64,000 nt of DNA from Candidatus Latescibacterota bacterium (lineage in GTDB: Bacteria; Latescibacterota; UBA2968), in assembly GCA_965204745.1 (NCBI GenBank), contig OZ242010.1:32001-96000 (forward strand), in the 5' to 3' direction. The notes under the pieces are model-generated. The model was not told the origin of the DNA. It saw only the letters and a list, made by a program, of their open reading frames with translations, and ran no database searches. Below are positions 41,351 to 52,600 of the stretch, one piece after another. The position numbers and the translations under genes are program-made. The first letter of the stretch is position 1; each line of letters starts with the position of its first letter.

Positions 41351-41441
41351 CTCGTTGCTCCATATACTCCCCGAAACGGCCGGGGAGAGGTTCTGCCGCC
41401 TTGCCTCTTTGGGCGAGCACGGGGACATCGCCACTCGCATC

Positions 41442-42623
41442 TCACGCCTTATACCGATCCTGTTCTCGCTTGGCCCAGTCGGCGTTGACGAACATGTTGA
41501 GGCCGGGATCGGCGTAGATGCCGTTTATTTTTTTGCCATCGTGTTCGCGCAGGAAATCGATGTCGATTTCCACGCCCCAGCCTGGGCCCGTGGGCAATGC
41601 AAAATGACCCTCTACAACTTCGGGATACGGCGTTCCCGCGCGTTTGACGTGTTCGTCGGCAAAATCGTTGAAATGCTCGAGGACTTTGCCATTGCGTAGG
41701 GTTGCCATCAGGTGTAGGGTCGCGGCGGTGGTGATGATCCCCCCCACATTGTGCGGCGCGACCATCACGTTGTAGGTCTCGGCGGTTGAGGCGATTTTCT
41801 TGGTCTCCAACAACCCGCCACACTGGTTCAAATCCGGTTGGATGATATCCACCACGCGCATGGGAAACAGGTCGCGAAATTCCGCGGCCTTGTAGAGCCG
41901 TTCCCCGGTCGCAATGGGAATGGACGTGTGGTTGGCGACTTTGGTCAACGCGCCCAAATCCTCGGGGCGGGTCGGTTCTTCGATCCACCCCGGGCGCAGG
42001 TGTTCGATGGCGCGGGCGATCTCGATGGCCTGATGCGGCGCGAATCGCCCGTGCATTTCCACGAAAATCTGCACTCGGTCGCCCACCACCGAATGCACGG
42101 CCTCGATCAAGTCTATGGACCTGAAAAACTCGTCTCGCGTCAGTTCCAAATTGCCATTGCCAAACGGGTCGAACTTCAAGCCGATGTAGCCGCGGTCCAC
42201 CACCTTGCGCGTTGCACGGGCAAATGCCTCGGGCGTGCGCTCCACAGTGTACCAGCCATTGGCGTACGCGGGCACGCGGGATACGGTCTTGCCGCCGATC
42301 AGATTGTACACGGGCTGAGAGGTCAATTTGCCGATGCAATCCCAGCACGCCATTTCCACGAGCGCGAGGCCCGTCATTACGACTTCGCCCGGCACGCCGA
42401 AATCGAGGAGCGTGAAGCGGCGATACAGGTCCTCGATGTCGTACACATTGTGCCCGATGAAGTGATGTTGCGTGTCCTTCAAAAATTCCAGCACCGTATG
42501 CGTTTTGCCCAAGACGCGCGCTTCGCCAACCCCGCGCGTGCCGTCTGCCAGTTCGATGAACAAATACGTCAAATTGCGCCAGGGCGTCCCCAGCACGTAC
42601 GTTTCGCAGCGTTTGATTTTCAA
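41442..42623 (-). CDS. Mandelate racemase/enolase superfamily dehydratase (galactonate dehydratase-like)
   Basis: AYANGW, KFDPF, EMHGRF, WIEEP, ATGE, QPD and APHN motifs; AGGAG RBS before TTG. Confidence 0.88.
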   Translation of the reverse strand: MKIKRCETYVLGTPWRNLTYLFIELADGTRGVGEARVLGKTHTVLEFLKDTQHHFIGHNVYDIEDLYRRFTLLDFGVPGEVVMTGLALVEMACWDCIGKLTSQPVYNLIGGKTVSRVPAYANGWYTVERTPEAFARATRKVVDRGYIGLKFDPFGNGNLELTRDEFFRSIDLIEAVHSVVGDRVQIFVEMHGRFAPHQAIEIARAIEHLRPGWIEEPTRPEDLGALTKVANHTSIPIATGERLYKAAEFRDLFPMRVVDIIQPDLNQCGGLLETKKIASTAETYNVMVAPHNVGGIITTAATLHLMATLRNGKVLEHFNDFADEHVKRAGTPYPEVVEGHFALPTGPGWGVEIDIDFLREHDGKKINGIYADPGLNMFVNADWAKREQDRYKA

Positions 42624-42756
42624 GGTGATTCTCCTTTGAAAGGCGAAAAGCGGGAGGTGAGAGGCGAGAGGCAAGAGGTGAGAGGCAAGAGGTGAGAGGC
42701 AAGAGGTGAGACGTAAAACTAAGGAGGCTCGGCCATCTTACATCTGGTCTTTCGTT

Positions 42757-43794
42757 TTACACCACCAACATCGCGTCGCCGTAGCTGTAAAACCGATACG
42801 CTTCGCGCACGGCGTCGCGGTATGCACGCATCGCGAGATCGCGGCCCATGAAGGCGGCGACGAGCATGAGCAATGTCGATTCTGGTAGGTGAAAGTTGGT
42901 GATCAGGCCATCCACCATGCGAAAGTCGTAGGGCGGATAGATGAATAGGCGCGTCCAACCCGAACCGGGTTTCAGGTGCCGATGCGATTCGATTTTTACA
43001 GCCGCGGATTCGAGCGTCCTCACAGACGTCGTGCCCACGGCGATGACGCGCCCGCCGCGTGCCCGGCAGTGGTTGACGGTGGTTGCGGCGCGTTCATCCA
43101 CCTGCCAAAATTCAGCGTCCATTTTGTGATCGCGCACATCATCTGCTTTCACGGGTCGAAACGTGCCCGGCCCGACGTGGAGCAAGACTCGCGCAATGTC
43201 CACGCCCAAGGCTTTGATTCGCGCGAGCAGGTCGGGGGTGAAATGAAGCCCGGCAGTGGGGGCCGCAACCGAGCCGCGTACGCGTGCGTAAACCGTCTGG
43301 TACCGCGCTTTGTCCACTACATTATTCGGGCGACGAATATAGGGAGGCAAAGGCACCTGCCCCTGGGTTTGTATCAGATCATCCAGCGTGCCAGTGCCCT
43401 CAAAGCGCACGCGGCGGTTGCCCGAGTCCAAGATGTCTTCGACAACAGCGATCAGGTCGGATCCCTCAAATGCAACTCGTGCCCCAATTCGCAATCGCCG
43501 TGCGGGACGCGCCATCACTTCCCAACAATCGCCGTCTGGACGGAGGAGCAAAACCTCGATTGCGCCGCCCGTGCCCGGGCGATAGCCCTTGAGCCGTGCG
43601 GGAAATACCCGGGTTTCGTTCAACACCAAGCAATCGCCGGGGCGCAAAAGTTTGGGCAGGTCGCAAAATATGCGATGGGCAATCGTCTTTTGAGCGCGAT
43701 CCACCACCATGAAACGCGACCCATCGCGCTCGGGCGATGGGTGTTGGGCGATCAGGTGTTCGGGTAGGGGATAGTAAAAATCAGAACGCTTCAT
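42757..43794 (-). CDS. queA: S-adenosylmethionine:tRNA ribosyltransferase-isomerase
   Basis: LIAQHP, PLPPYI, AAPTAGLHF, VGTT, TNFHLP and YRFYSYGDAM. Confidence 0.97.
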   Translation of the reverse strand: MKRSDFYYPLPEHLIAQHPSPERDGSRFMVVDRAQKTIAHRIFCDLPKLLRPGDCLVLNETRVFPARLKGYRPGTGGAIEVLLLRPDGDCWEVMARPARRLRIGARVAFEGSDLIAVVEDILDSGNRRVRFEGTGTLDDLIQTQGQVPLPPYIRRPNNVVDKARYQTVYARVRGSVAAPTAGLHFTPDLLARIKALGVDIARVLLHVGPGTFRPVKADDVRDHKMDAEFWQVDERAATTVNHCRARGGRVIAVGTTSVRTLESAAVKIESHRHLKPGSGWTRLFIYPPYDFRMVDGLITNFHLPESTLLMLVAAFMGRDLAMRAYRDAVREAYRFYSYGDAMLVV

Positions 43795-43839
43795 CTGCGA
43801 ATCAATGGAACGGGGCCAACTGACCGGTGAACGGGCTAA

Positions 43840-44291
43840 GAAGCTGTCTTAAAATTATCGGGACCTATCTCCCTGGCCCCGTTATTCGCTTCTCTCATTG
43901 TAGGCTACGCCTGTGCCTATACCGAATTGTCCTTAGAACTTGTCCTAAAACAAACGATGGATGCCCCCTCCTCCGGCTCCTCTCCGCAATGGCGAGGGGT
44001 TCTTCCCCTTCCTCGTAGGACCTATCCCCCCGGCCCCCTTTCCTACAAGGAAAGGGGGAGCGCGTGGCTTTTTGGAGGTTTGTCTCCCTGGCTGTTCTGA
44101 TGGCTTTGAGCGAATAGATCACGCTCTGGAAACCCAAACCCCTCGCACAACCTCTCGCCATTCCCCCCTTCCTCACAGGCACAGGCGTAGCCTACAACGA
44201 AGCGAAGCGAGTAACGGGGGCCAGGGGGGTAGGTCCCAATAAATGGATTCAACTGCTTTATTCGCATTGTCAGAAATTTTAAGATGGCTTC
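43840..44291. mobile_element. MITE-like element with IS5-type terminal inverted repeats and TAA target duplication, filled with REP modules
   Basis: TAA|GAAGCTGTCTTAAAATT ... AATTTTAAGATGGCTTC|TAA, 15/17 match; no credible ORF inside. Confidence 0.7.
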
Positions 44292-44396
44292 TAATGAACC
44301 TAGAGTGTTGGGCGAGTGGGGTAGCAAGGGCAGGCTCTACGAGTGATGGGGCCGGGTGGGGGCTGACCACTGACCACTGACCACTGACTACTCCAT

Positions 44397-45182
44397 CTAT
44401 TCGCCTTCAAAAAGCGACGGGAAGTGGCGATGGGGTTCGGCTGGCTCTCGGAAGAGGATTTGCTGGCGCGGCGTCAGTGCGGTGTTGGTCGGCGGTTGCA
44501 CGCGATTGGGCCTCCACGCGGTTTGCGCCACGCAGTATTTGTAGAGCAAGGACCGGCGTTGGTGCGCGGCAGTCCACGAGGAGGTGCCGTGCGTCAGGGA
44601 CTCGGTGAACAGAATCGCAGACCCCGCGGGCGCGTGGGGGATGATCACGTAGGGCGATTCCTCGGGCGAGTCAAATATCTTTTGGGGCAGTCTGTAATGG
44701 CTTTTGTGGCTGCCGGGAATACAGCAGAACCCCCCGTGATCCGGCCCCGCGTCTGTGAGGCTCCACGCGACGACCATGAACCCGTCGGTGATTTCGTGCT
44801 TGGGAAAGTGATAGTACTCGCCCGGCGCGGAGTTGGCGATGGGCGACATCGCGCCGTAGTCCGCGTGCAGGCGCCCCCTGTTCATGCCCGCTTTCATGTA
44901 CATGCCGTAGATGCGGTCGAGGCGAAAGCAATCGCCCAATCTGAAGCGCAGAATGGGCATGATTTTCGAGTGGTCGAGGAGGTCGCAAAAGGGCTTGCCC
45001 CACTGCAAAAACCCCGGCCCATCAGGCGCGCTGCCAAACCGCTGGCCCTTTCCCGGCGGGGGCAACTGTCGCTGGTCAAACAGGGCGTTGAGCGTTGCGA
45101 CTTCGTCCGCGCTCAACACGTTCTCAACTACGAGATAGCCCTGCAAGTCGAGCAAGTACTGTTGTGTTTCGAGGTCTTCCAT
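44397..45182 (-). CDS. Phytanoyl-CoA dioxygenase (PhyH) family protein
   Basis: LDLQGYLVVENVL, LHAD, PGSHK and FTESLTHGT motifs. Confidence 0.88.
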   Translation of the reverse strand: MEDLETQQYLLDLQGYLVVENVLSADEVATLNALFDQRQLPPPGKGQRFGSAPDGPGFLQWGKPFCDLLDHSKIMPILRFRLGDCFRLDRIYGMYMKAGMNRGRLHADYGAMSPIANSAPGEYYHFPKHEITDGFMVVAWSLTDAGPDHGGFCCIPGSHKSHYRLPQKIFDSPEESPYVIIPHAPAGSAILFTESLTHGTSSWTAAHQRRSLLYKYCVAQTAWRPNRVQPPTNTALTPRQQILFREPAEPHRHFPSLFEGE

Positions 45183-45410
45183 GACATCCTCCTGTGTGTG
45201 AATCAGCGGAATGGAGTGATGAGCTTGCGCTATCTTTGGGTAGCACGTCCCTTAATAGAACGCTGTGTTTAGAATTGCACCAATGAAACAAAATAAGACG
45301 CGAGACGCAAGAAACAAAACGCAATCACATAAGAACATGGATAAGCTCGGGTTGGTCACTGAAACGAGCTATTAGCCCCGGCCTCAAAGAGAAGAGGAGC
45401 GTCCGTCAAT

Positions 45411-46205
45411 ATGAATTTTCTGTCAAAACTAAAGCACGACCAAGCCAAAGAGCCAACCCATCAGAATTGGGGGATTTTGTTTCCCCTGATTCTGCTGATT
45501 GGCGGGGGTACTGTTGCTGGCATATTATTGGAGTATCCCGATTTTCTGATCTATTTGACCAAAGTCTCACCATTTTTTGAAGCGCGATTAACGAAAATTT
45601 CACCAAAATATATTTTGCAGGTAGGAAATGATCTCATTTATCTCATTGTCGATATATCTAGTGTTATGCTCATCGGGTACATTTTGAGGGTTAGATACGA
45701 TACATCATTCGGTCAAATCGGGTTGTCCTGTTTTCAGGTAAAAAAATACTTACTCTATGGAAGTCTGATAGGTGTAGTAGAATCAACAGTGACCATCATT
45801 CCCATTCTTATGATTTGGCCGGAATATGCAGAAAGTTTTTTACATAAGAGAATTGAGTTATTCCAAGGTTTAAGTGTATTGCAGGGCTTGAGTATTTTTC
45901 TTTATTGTTTTTTGAGGTTTATCGCAGGCCCTCTCTACGAAGAAATTCTGTTTCGCAGTCTCTTTTTTTTCGCTCTTAGAAAGTACGTCAATTTGTTCTG
46001 GGCTATCCTGATTTCTGCGTGTCTATTTTCTATTCTTCATTTCGACTTTTTTCCCGCCATGATTTCTGCTTTTATATTCGCAGGATTAGTGTGTTTTCTT
46101 TATGAAAAGACCAGGTCATTGGTGTTATGTACAACCATCCATGCAGTCGGCAATGTTTTTAATAATCTATATTTTATTTTGTTCTCATTGATCATGGAAA
46201 GATAG
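45411..46205 (+). CDS. CPBP (Abi/CAAX) family intramembrane metalloprotease, low GC
   Basis: EEILFR, FSILH and HAVGN motifs; markedly AT-rich. Confidence 0.88.
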   Translation: MNFLSKLKHDQAKEPTHQNWGILFPLILLIGGGTVAGILLEYPDFLIYLTKVSPFFEARLTKISPKYILQVGNDLIYLIVDISSVMLIGYILRVRYDTSFGQIGLSCFQVKKYLLYGSLIGVVESTVTIIPILMIWPEYAESFLHKRIELFQGLSVLQGLSIFLYCFLRFIAGPLYEEILFRSLFFFALRKYVNLFWAILISACLFSILHFDFFPAMISAFIFAGLVCFLYEKTRSLVLCTTIHAVGNVFNNLYFILFSLIMER

Positions 46206-46296
46206 AGGTATCTCGATTTGGTGGGACGACCAGCCAATCTCTGCCGAATTTCGATGCCTCAATTTTTCCTCGACGTATCAGGATAGCGAATCGGTG

Positions 46297-47337
46297 TCAC
46301 CACCGAACGCCTCCCGCGAACGCCACGCTTTTGGCGCCTTTGACGATGTGTCCGATGGGGTATGCGCGGCAACCCGCGTTGTTCAGGTGTGCGAGGATCC
46401 GTGCGACAGCATCCTGCGCACAGACGAGGGTCATGCCCACGCCGAGGTTGAATGTTCGCAACATGTCGGTTTCTGCAACCGCCCCCTCTGCGCGAATCGC
46501 TTTGAACACCGGGAGAACTTGGATGGCAGACAGGTCGATCACGGCGTTGAGATTCTCGGGGAGAATGCGGGATAAGTTGTCCCGAATACCGCCGCCGGTG
46601 ATATGGGCCATGCCTTTCAAGCCCGCGTCCCGAAACAACCCCTTGACAACTTGGTAATAGCACAGGTGCGGACGCATAATCGCGTCGAGAAATGAGACGC
46701 CCCGCATCTCTCGATCTTTCAATTCCGGCGTGCGCTCCAACAGGGCACGGACGAGCGTGTACCCATTGGTATGAAGCCCGTTGGACGCGAGCGCGAGAAC
46801 TGCGTCTCCGGCTTCAATCGCGGCGCCGTCGATAATGCGATCCTTATCGACAACCCCTATCGCAGACGCGCTGAGAATGTACACCCCGTCTTCGACGACC
46901 CCGGGCTGAACAGATGTTTCCCCGCCGGTCAACGCACATCCCTGCGCGGCGCAGGCATCGGCAATACCGCGCACGAGTGTTTGGACAACAGCGGGTTCGA
47001 GTTTGCCGCAGACGATGCAATTTTGCAAATAGAACGGGTCCGCGCCCATGACGATGATGTCGTTGATCAGGTGGTTGACCAAGTCATGGGCAATCGACCA
47101 GACGCGCCCGTGTTCAAACGCCAACTTTTGCTTTGACCCTGGCTCCTCGGTTTTGAGCACGAGCACGGGGTGGTCATACCCCTCAAACCGACCATCGACC
47201 AAACTGCCGAACGCCCCGAGTGGGTTCAATACCCGTGAGTCGTTGCGCCCCACATCGGACGCCATCCGTTTTTTGACGGCATCTGTCTCGTCGATGTTGA
47301 CGCCGGTTTTCGCGTAGGATAGAGGGTTGTTCGACAC
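46297..47337 (-). CDS. purM: Phosphoribosylformylglycinamidine cyclo-ligase
   Basis: YAKTGVNID, GGET, SNGLHTNGY, AHITGGG and TFNLGVG motifs. Confidence 0.93.
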   Translation of the reverse strand: MSNNPLSYAKTGVNIDETDAVKKRMASDVGRNDSRVLNPLGAFGSLVDGRFEGYDHPVLVLKTEEPGSKQKLAFEHGRVWSIAHDLVNHLINDIIVMGADPFYLQNCIVCGKLEPAVVQTLVRGIADACAAQGCALTGGETSVQPGVVEDGVYILSASAIGVVDKDRIIDGAAIEAGDAVLALASNGLHTNGYTLVRALLERTPELKDREMRGVSFLDAIMRPHLCYYQVVKGLFRDAGLKGMAHITGGGIRDNLSRILPENLNAVIDLSAIQVLPVFKAIRAEGAVAETDMLRTFNLGVGMTLVCAQDAVARILAHLNNAGCRAYPIGHIVKGAKSVAFAGGVRW

Positions 47338-47352
47338 GCTGTTTCTCCTGCG

Positions 47353-48054
47353 TTATGGTTTTGTTCCCGAAGCGCACGGGTGTTTGTGTTGCGCGAAGTC
47401 CAATGGATTGGGGGGGTGAATGTCTATTTTGAGGACCCGATCCGCCCGGCGGCGGGATGATGCCGTTGTGTCGGATTGGGAGAAGTGACCCTGGTCGCGT
47501 CCGATCCGCAGTTCGTTTTTGCTGATGCTGAGTTGACCCGACCACCTGTCGCCGAGGACGATCTCGCCCAACTTTTTGATCAACAGGCGTTTTCTGTCCG
47601 GCCGTATCGCGGTTTGCGCGTCCCAGTCGCAACAGTCGATTCCGTAGTCGAACGCGATGGCGAGCAACATGAGGTGGGTGAACGCGGCCGAACCACCGCC
47701 CGAGTACGACGTGTAGAGCACATGAACGCCGGATTCGGTCATGCCGATGTACCGATACCCGAATCGCTGGCTTTTCTCATCGGTGTACACAAAGGGACAT
47801 CGCCCATCCATGACGCCCACATCGCCGAAGTAGCGGTTGCTCCCTTGGGCATCGCGGAGGTTGATCGCCACGACTTGGTCGCCGCGGTCACTCAGCCACG
47901 TCGAGAGATCCTGGATGATCTTTGGATGGACAAAGGGGGCGCGCACAAAGGAATATGCGTAATCGACCACCTGCACCTGCGACTCCTGCCCATTGACCGC
48001 GCAGCACAGAACAAAAAACGCACCCACAGCGCCCGCGATTCGACTCAGTGACAT
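47353..48054 (-). CDS. Exported hypothetical protein
   Basis: Signal-peptide-like N-terminus; GGAGG RBS; co-oriented between cinA and purM. Confidence 0.65.
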   Translation of the reverse strand: MSLSRIAGAVGAFFVLCCAVNGQESQVQVVDYAYSFVRAPFVHPKIIQDLSTWLSDRGDQVVAINLRDAQGSNRYFGDVGVMDGRCPFVYTDEKSQRFGYRYIGMTESGVHVLYTSYSGGGSAAFTHLMLLAIAFDYGIDCCDWDAQTAIRPDRKRLLIKKLGEIVLGDRWSGQLSISKNELRIGRDQGHFSQSDTTASSRRRADRVLKIDIHPPNPLDFAQHKHPCASGTKP

Positions 48055-48121
48055 TCGAGTACCTCCATCTCTTGGGGAAGAGACTTGCCAAGAAGCGCGT
48101 TTAGCGGTTCATTCGTTTGAC

Positions 48122-49306
48122 TCAATCCGCGGGGGAGGCCAAGTCGCCGAGTATGGCGCGGCGCACGAGGTCCATGGCTTGAATGACCAACCAGCGGCGG
48201 ATGTGATCTGAATCCTGAAACCGGCGGCTTTCGACGCAGGTTGGCGCAGTTGAGCCGGGGCCATAAACCGCCATAAATGTCGTTTGATCTTCGTACGGGC
48301 CGAGCATTGCCAGGCCCATCCCGCCTTTGGGCGCAACGGCTTTTGCCAGTGTTGAAGCCCGGGCGCGGGGATCGGTCGGCGCGTCGTCCCCCTGCATTTG
48401 CGCTGTGATCACCACTTGGCCCGCGCCACTTTCCTCAAACTCCCGCACCACTTGACCGCCTGTTAGGGTATCCACCACCCCAAGGGTCACTCCTTTTTCC
48501 CTCAACAAATTGCCCACCACCTCGGCCACAGTCTCCCTGCCAGTGCCGTAGATCGCGACGCCCAATCGCTTTCTGATCTCGGCTTCTATCGGCGCGATCA
48601 GCGCGTCGGCGTCGGCCTCTGTATCGGCTTTCGCGGTCACGCGCACGTCGGTTTGCCCGGCGTGTGCGGCCAATCCCACCGTCGGATTGCGCTCGGTCAT
48701 CAAATCGCCAATCGCGCGGTCGATGTTGCTCTCGCCCACCGCGCAGGTACGCAACACGCGCACTTTTGTCACTTTGCACCCGCCCATGCGTTGGACCAAA
48801 ATTGGGATGGCGACCTCGTACAACATGTGGTCCAATTCCCTGGGCACGCCCGGAAGCGAGATCACACAGCCGCGCCCGCGGGCGTCTTCGCTCAAAAAAC
48901 AGGGCGCCGTGCCCACGGGATTTTCCAGTGCCATCGCGCCTTCGGGAATGTACGCCTGTCGCTTGTTGTTATCGGCCATCGGTCGCCCAAAATTGCGGAA
49001 ACGAGACGCGATTTGTCGCTCCAATTCCTCGCTGTAAATCAACTTGTGCCCGGTTGCACGCGCCACGCATTGCCGCGTCATGTCATCGACTGTCGGCCCG
49101 ATGCCCCCGGAGGTCAAGATCACATCTGACCGATCCAACGCGATGTTCAAGACCTCGACGATGCGCTCCTCATTGTCGCCCACCGTGGTTTTGTACAACA
49201 AGTCCATGCCAATATCGCGCAGTGCTTTGGCAAACATCGCGGCATTGGTATCGACGATCTCGCCGAGCAACAACTCGGTGCCGATCATCACGATCTCGGC
49301 TCGCAT
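48122..49306 (-). CDS. cinA: CinA family competence/damage-inducible protein
   Basis: GTELLLGEIVDTN, VGDN, SGGIGPTVDDMT and LPGVPRE motifs; degenerate C-terminal domain. Confidence 0.88.
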   Translation of the reverse strand: MRAEIVMIGTELLLGEIVDTNAAMFAKALRDIGMDLLYKTTVGDNEERIVEVLNIALDRSDVILTSGGIGPTVDDMTRQCVARATGHKLIYSEELERQIASRFRNFGRPMADNNKRQAYIPEGAMALENPVGTAPCFLSEDARGRGCVISLPGVPRELDHMLYEVAIPILVQRMGGCKVTKVRVLRTCAVGESNIDRAIGDLMTERNPTVGLAAHAGQTDVRVTAKADTEADADALIAPIEAEIRKRLGVAIYGTGRETVAEVVGNLLREKGVTLGVVDTLTGGQVVREFEESGAGQVVITAQMQGDDAPTDPRARASTLAKAVAPKGGMGLAMLGPYEDQTTFMAVYGPGSTAPTCVESRRFQDSDHIRRWLVIQAMDLVRRAILGDLASPAD

Positions 49307-49636
49307 GAAAACCCTCCTCAATCCGTTTGGACGAAATGAAATTCTGTGTTATGTTCAGCGTTCTAAATCAAATGAAATAGAAGGTAAGACGCAAGACGTA
49401 AAAGGCAACCGCATAAAAACGCGGATAACCACGGATAAAAGGCAAAAAATAAAAGTCACTGGATGCTGACTTTCTTCAGAATGACGTTGGACGCATGTCT
49501 TGCGTCTGCCATCTCGTATCTTTCACGGGGGCATCGCCCCTCCATCTGCGCCCTCTGCATGATCTGCGAACTGCCTTTGGGCGGCGATGGGCGGGGACTG
49601 ACCACTGACCACTGACTACTGACCACTGACGACGTT

Positions 49637-52600
49637 ATGACACTTCGAGATCAACAGGCACGCGATGCGATAGCCCGAGTGTTGGATCAGAACATGATGG
49701 TCCTCGCGGGCGCGGGCGCCGGGAAAACATACGCATTGGTGCAACGGATGGTCAATGCCGTGCAAACAGGTGTAGTCGCGGTTGATCAACTGGCGGCAAT
49801 CACCTTTACGCGCAAAGCCGCGGGGGAAATGCGCGGGCGATTTTTCAGCGCGTTGAAAGCGCGGGCCGAAGAGGCAGAGGGCGAAGCATTGGGCCGCGTT
49901 CAACGGGCACTCGAAAAAATCGATCACTGTTTTATCGGCACCATTCACGCATTTTGCGGTCAGTTGTTGCGCGAACGCCCGGTCGAAGCGGGCTTGCCAC
50001 CCGATTTTTCAGAAGTTGAACAACGCGAAGAGGCGGTCATGCGCCGCGAGGCTTGGGATCGATTTGTGCAGCGTTGTTTCTTAGCAGAAGATGCACGCCT
50101 CACGCGACTTGAAGAACTCGGCCTGCGCCCGGAAGATTTGTATGGCTTTTTTCATCGACGCTGTCAATTCAGCGACGTACCGCTCGCGGCAGGGGCCATG
50201 GACAAGCCCGACCTATCGACCGCAGTTTCAAAATTTGAGACCTTCTTGGCACATGCTGGCGCGCATATCCCGAACCCATTGCCCGGCAAACGCGACCGTC
50301 TCCAAACTGCACTGACCCGCGCACGGCTGTTTTTAGCCAACCAGGGGATAAGGTCCAATGCGGACCGCATCACCCTGTTGCAAATGCTCGGCGGCAACCT
50401 CGGCGTCACGGTCAAAAGTTGGGCGCCCCATGGGGATTTTGCAAAGGTATTGCGCGATGAATTGCTACCCGAGTTCCAAACCGAAGTGCTCAACCCCACC
50501 CTCGCGCACTGGCGGCAATACGTCTATCCATTCGCCTCTGCATTCGTCGATGAAGCCGTTGGGGAATACGCCAAAACGCGCCGCGAATCCGGTCGCCTCA
50601 CCTTTCAAGACCTGCTCGAATTGGCTGCGCGATTGTTGCGCGACCACTCCGAAGTGCGCCGCCATTTTCAAGATCGCTACCGCTGTTTGTTCGTCGATGA
50701 GTTTCAAGACACGGACCCTATCCAAGCCGAAATGTTATTGTATCTCACCGGCGAGGACTTGGAAGAAACCGATTGGCGCGAACTCGCGCCTCGTCCGGGC
50801 GGTTTGTTTTTGGTCGGCGATGGCAAACAATCGATCTACCGCTTTCGCCGCGCCGATGTCGAGACCTTCGACCTCGTCCGCACGCGCATTGTCGAGACCG
50901 GTGGTCGCGTTGTCGATCTCAACACGAGTTTTCGCTCGTTCGGCAACCTCTGCGACTGGATCAACGCGGCATTTGAACCCCTGTTCGCCGCGCATGAAAA
51001 TCGCTATCAAGCCGAATTTGCTCCGCTCTTCAAATTCAAACCCGATGGTCGAGATGATTTTGCCGTGCGCCGCATTTCAATCGACAAAGTCTATCGCAAC
51101 CACCGCGGCCAAATCGCATCCCAAGATGCGGATCGGATCGCCAATTTCATCGCGGCGGCCCTCAAAGGCGAAACGGAATTTAATGGCGCGGGAGAAGACG
51201 CCGCGCTTTGCCCCAAAGCATCGCCGGGCGATTTTCTCATCTTAACGCGCACCTCGGGCTACTTGTCTGCTTACGCCCAAGCACTGGAGGAACGCGGCAT
51301 TCCCTTCGACATCACCGGGGGCAATCGCCTGGGCGAAGCCGATGTGTTGCACGCGCTCACAGACTTCTTGGAAGCGATTTACATGCCCGACAATCCGCTG
51401 CCATTGCTCGCCTATTTGCGGGGCGACCTGGTGGGCGCAGGTGACGATGCGCTGTATGCGTTCAACCGCGCCGGGGGCACGTTTAATTGGACCTGCGATT
51501 TGCCCAAAGACCTGGATGCGGCGTGGCAACCCATGTTCGAACAGGCGTTTGACCACCTCAACAAAGCGTCAAAGTGGTTGCAATCCCTGTCGCCCGGCGC
51601 AGCTGTCGCCCGGTGTGTTGACATGCTCGGCCTGTTGCCCTTTGTGCGCGCCCTGCCCATGGGGGCCACGCATGCCGGCAATCTCGTTCGCGCCATGTCT
51701 CTCATCAACGAGTGGAGCGCGGCCGGACTGCACTGGGGACAAGTGATGACAGAATTGCGCGCCCTCATCCACGATAGCGATTACAAGGTCGAGCAGATGA
51801 CATTGACCTTTGGACGAGAAGGGGCTGTGCGCCTGATGAATTTGCATCAGGCAAAGGGATTGCAGGGCAAAATCGTCTTCCTCGCGGACCCCTACGACAC
51901 GAGTTACACGCGCCATGCCCCCGAGTTTCACGTATCGCGCACAACCGAAGACCCCTTTTTGGCCCTGCCCATTACAAAACCCCGCGGCCCGTATGCACGC
52001 GAAGTCGTTGCCGAACCCGTGGATTGGGAAACCGCCGAAGCCGAAGAGGCGCGATTTTTAGCGGGCGAAGAGTTGCGATTGCTCTACGTGGCGGCAACGC
52101 GCGCAGAAAATTTGCTCATCGTCTCCACCTACGGCGAAAAGCCCGACGCCGGGCCGTGGTCCCCACTGTATCCCCATCTCAACCCTGTGCCCGAATTGAC
52201 GCGGTATCCCAAAGCAGAAGCCCCGCCGCTCAAAACGCGGTCTATCGCCATCCAACAGGACCGCGAGGCCTGGGGGCGCGCCGCGCAACGAGAATCCTTT
52301 GAGGTGGTGCAGGTAACGGATGATCGCGCAGATGTCGTGGTTACAGATTTGGATGGGGTACGCGGAAGCGCGGGCGGTGGGATTGCTTATGGCACGGCGA
52401 TTCACCGGATCTTTGACGACGCCATCAACGACCGCTTGCCCGCTGATCCGACGTCTTATGTGAAACACCGCTTGGATGAGGCGGGGGCAGGCGCCGAGTT
52501 TTTGCCGCGAGCACTGGACGCATTGCAGCATTTTTGCAACTCGGAGCTATGGGCAGAAGTGCGGAGGTCAGAAAGGGTCTATACCGAAGTGCCCTTTGCG

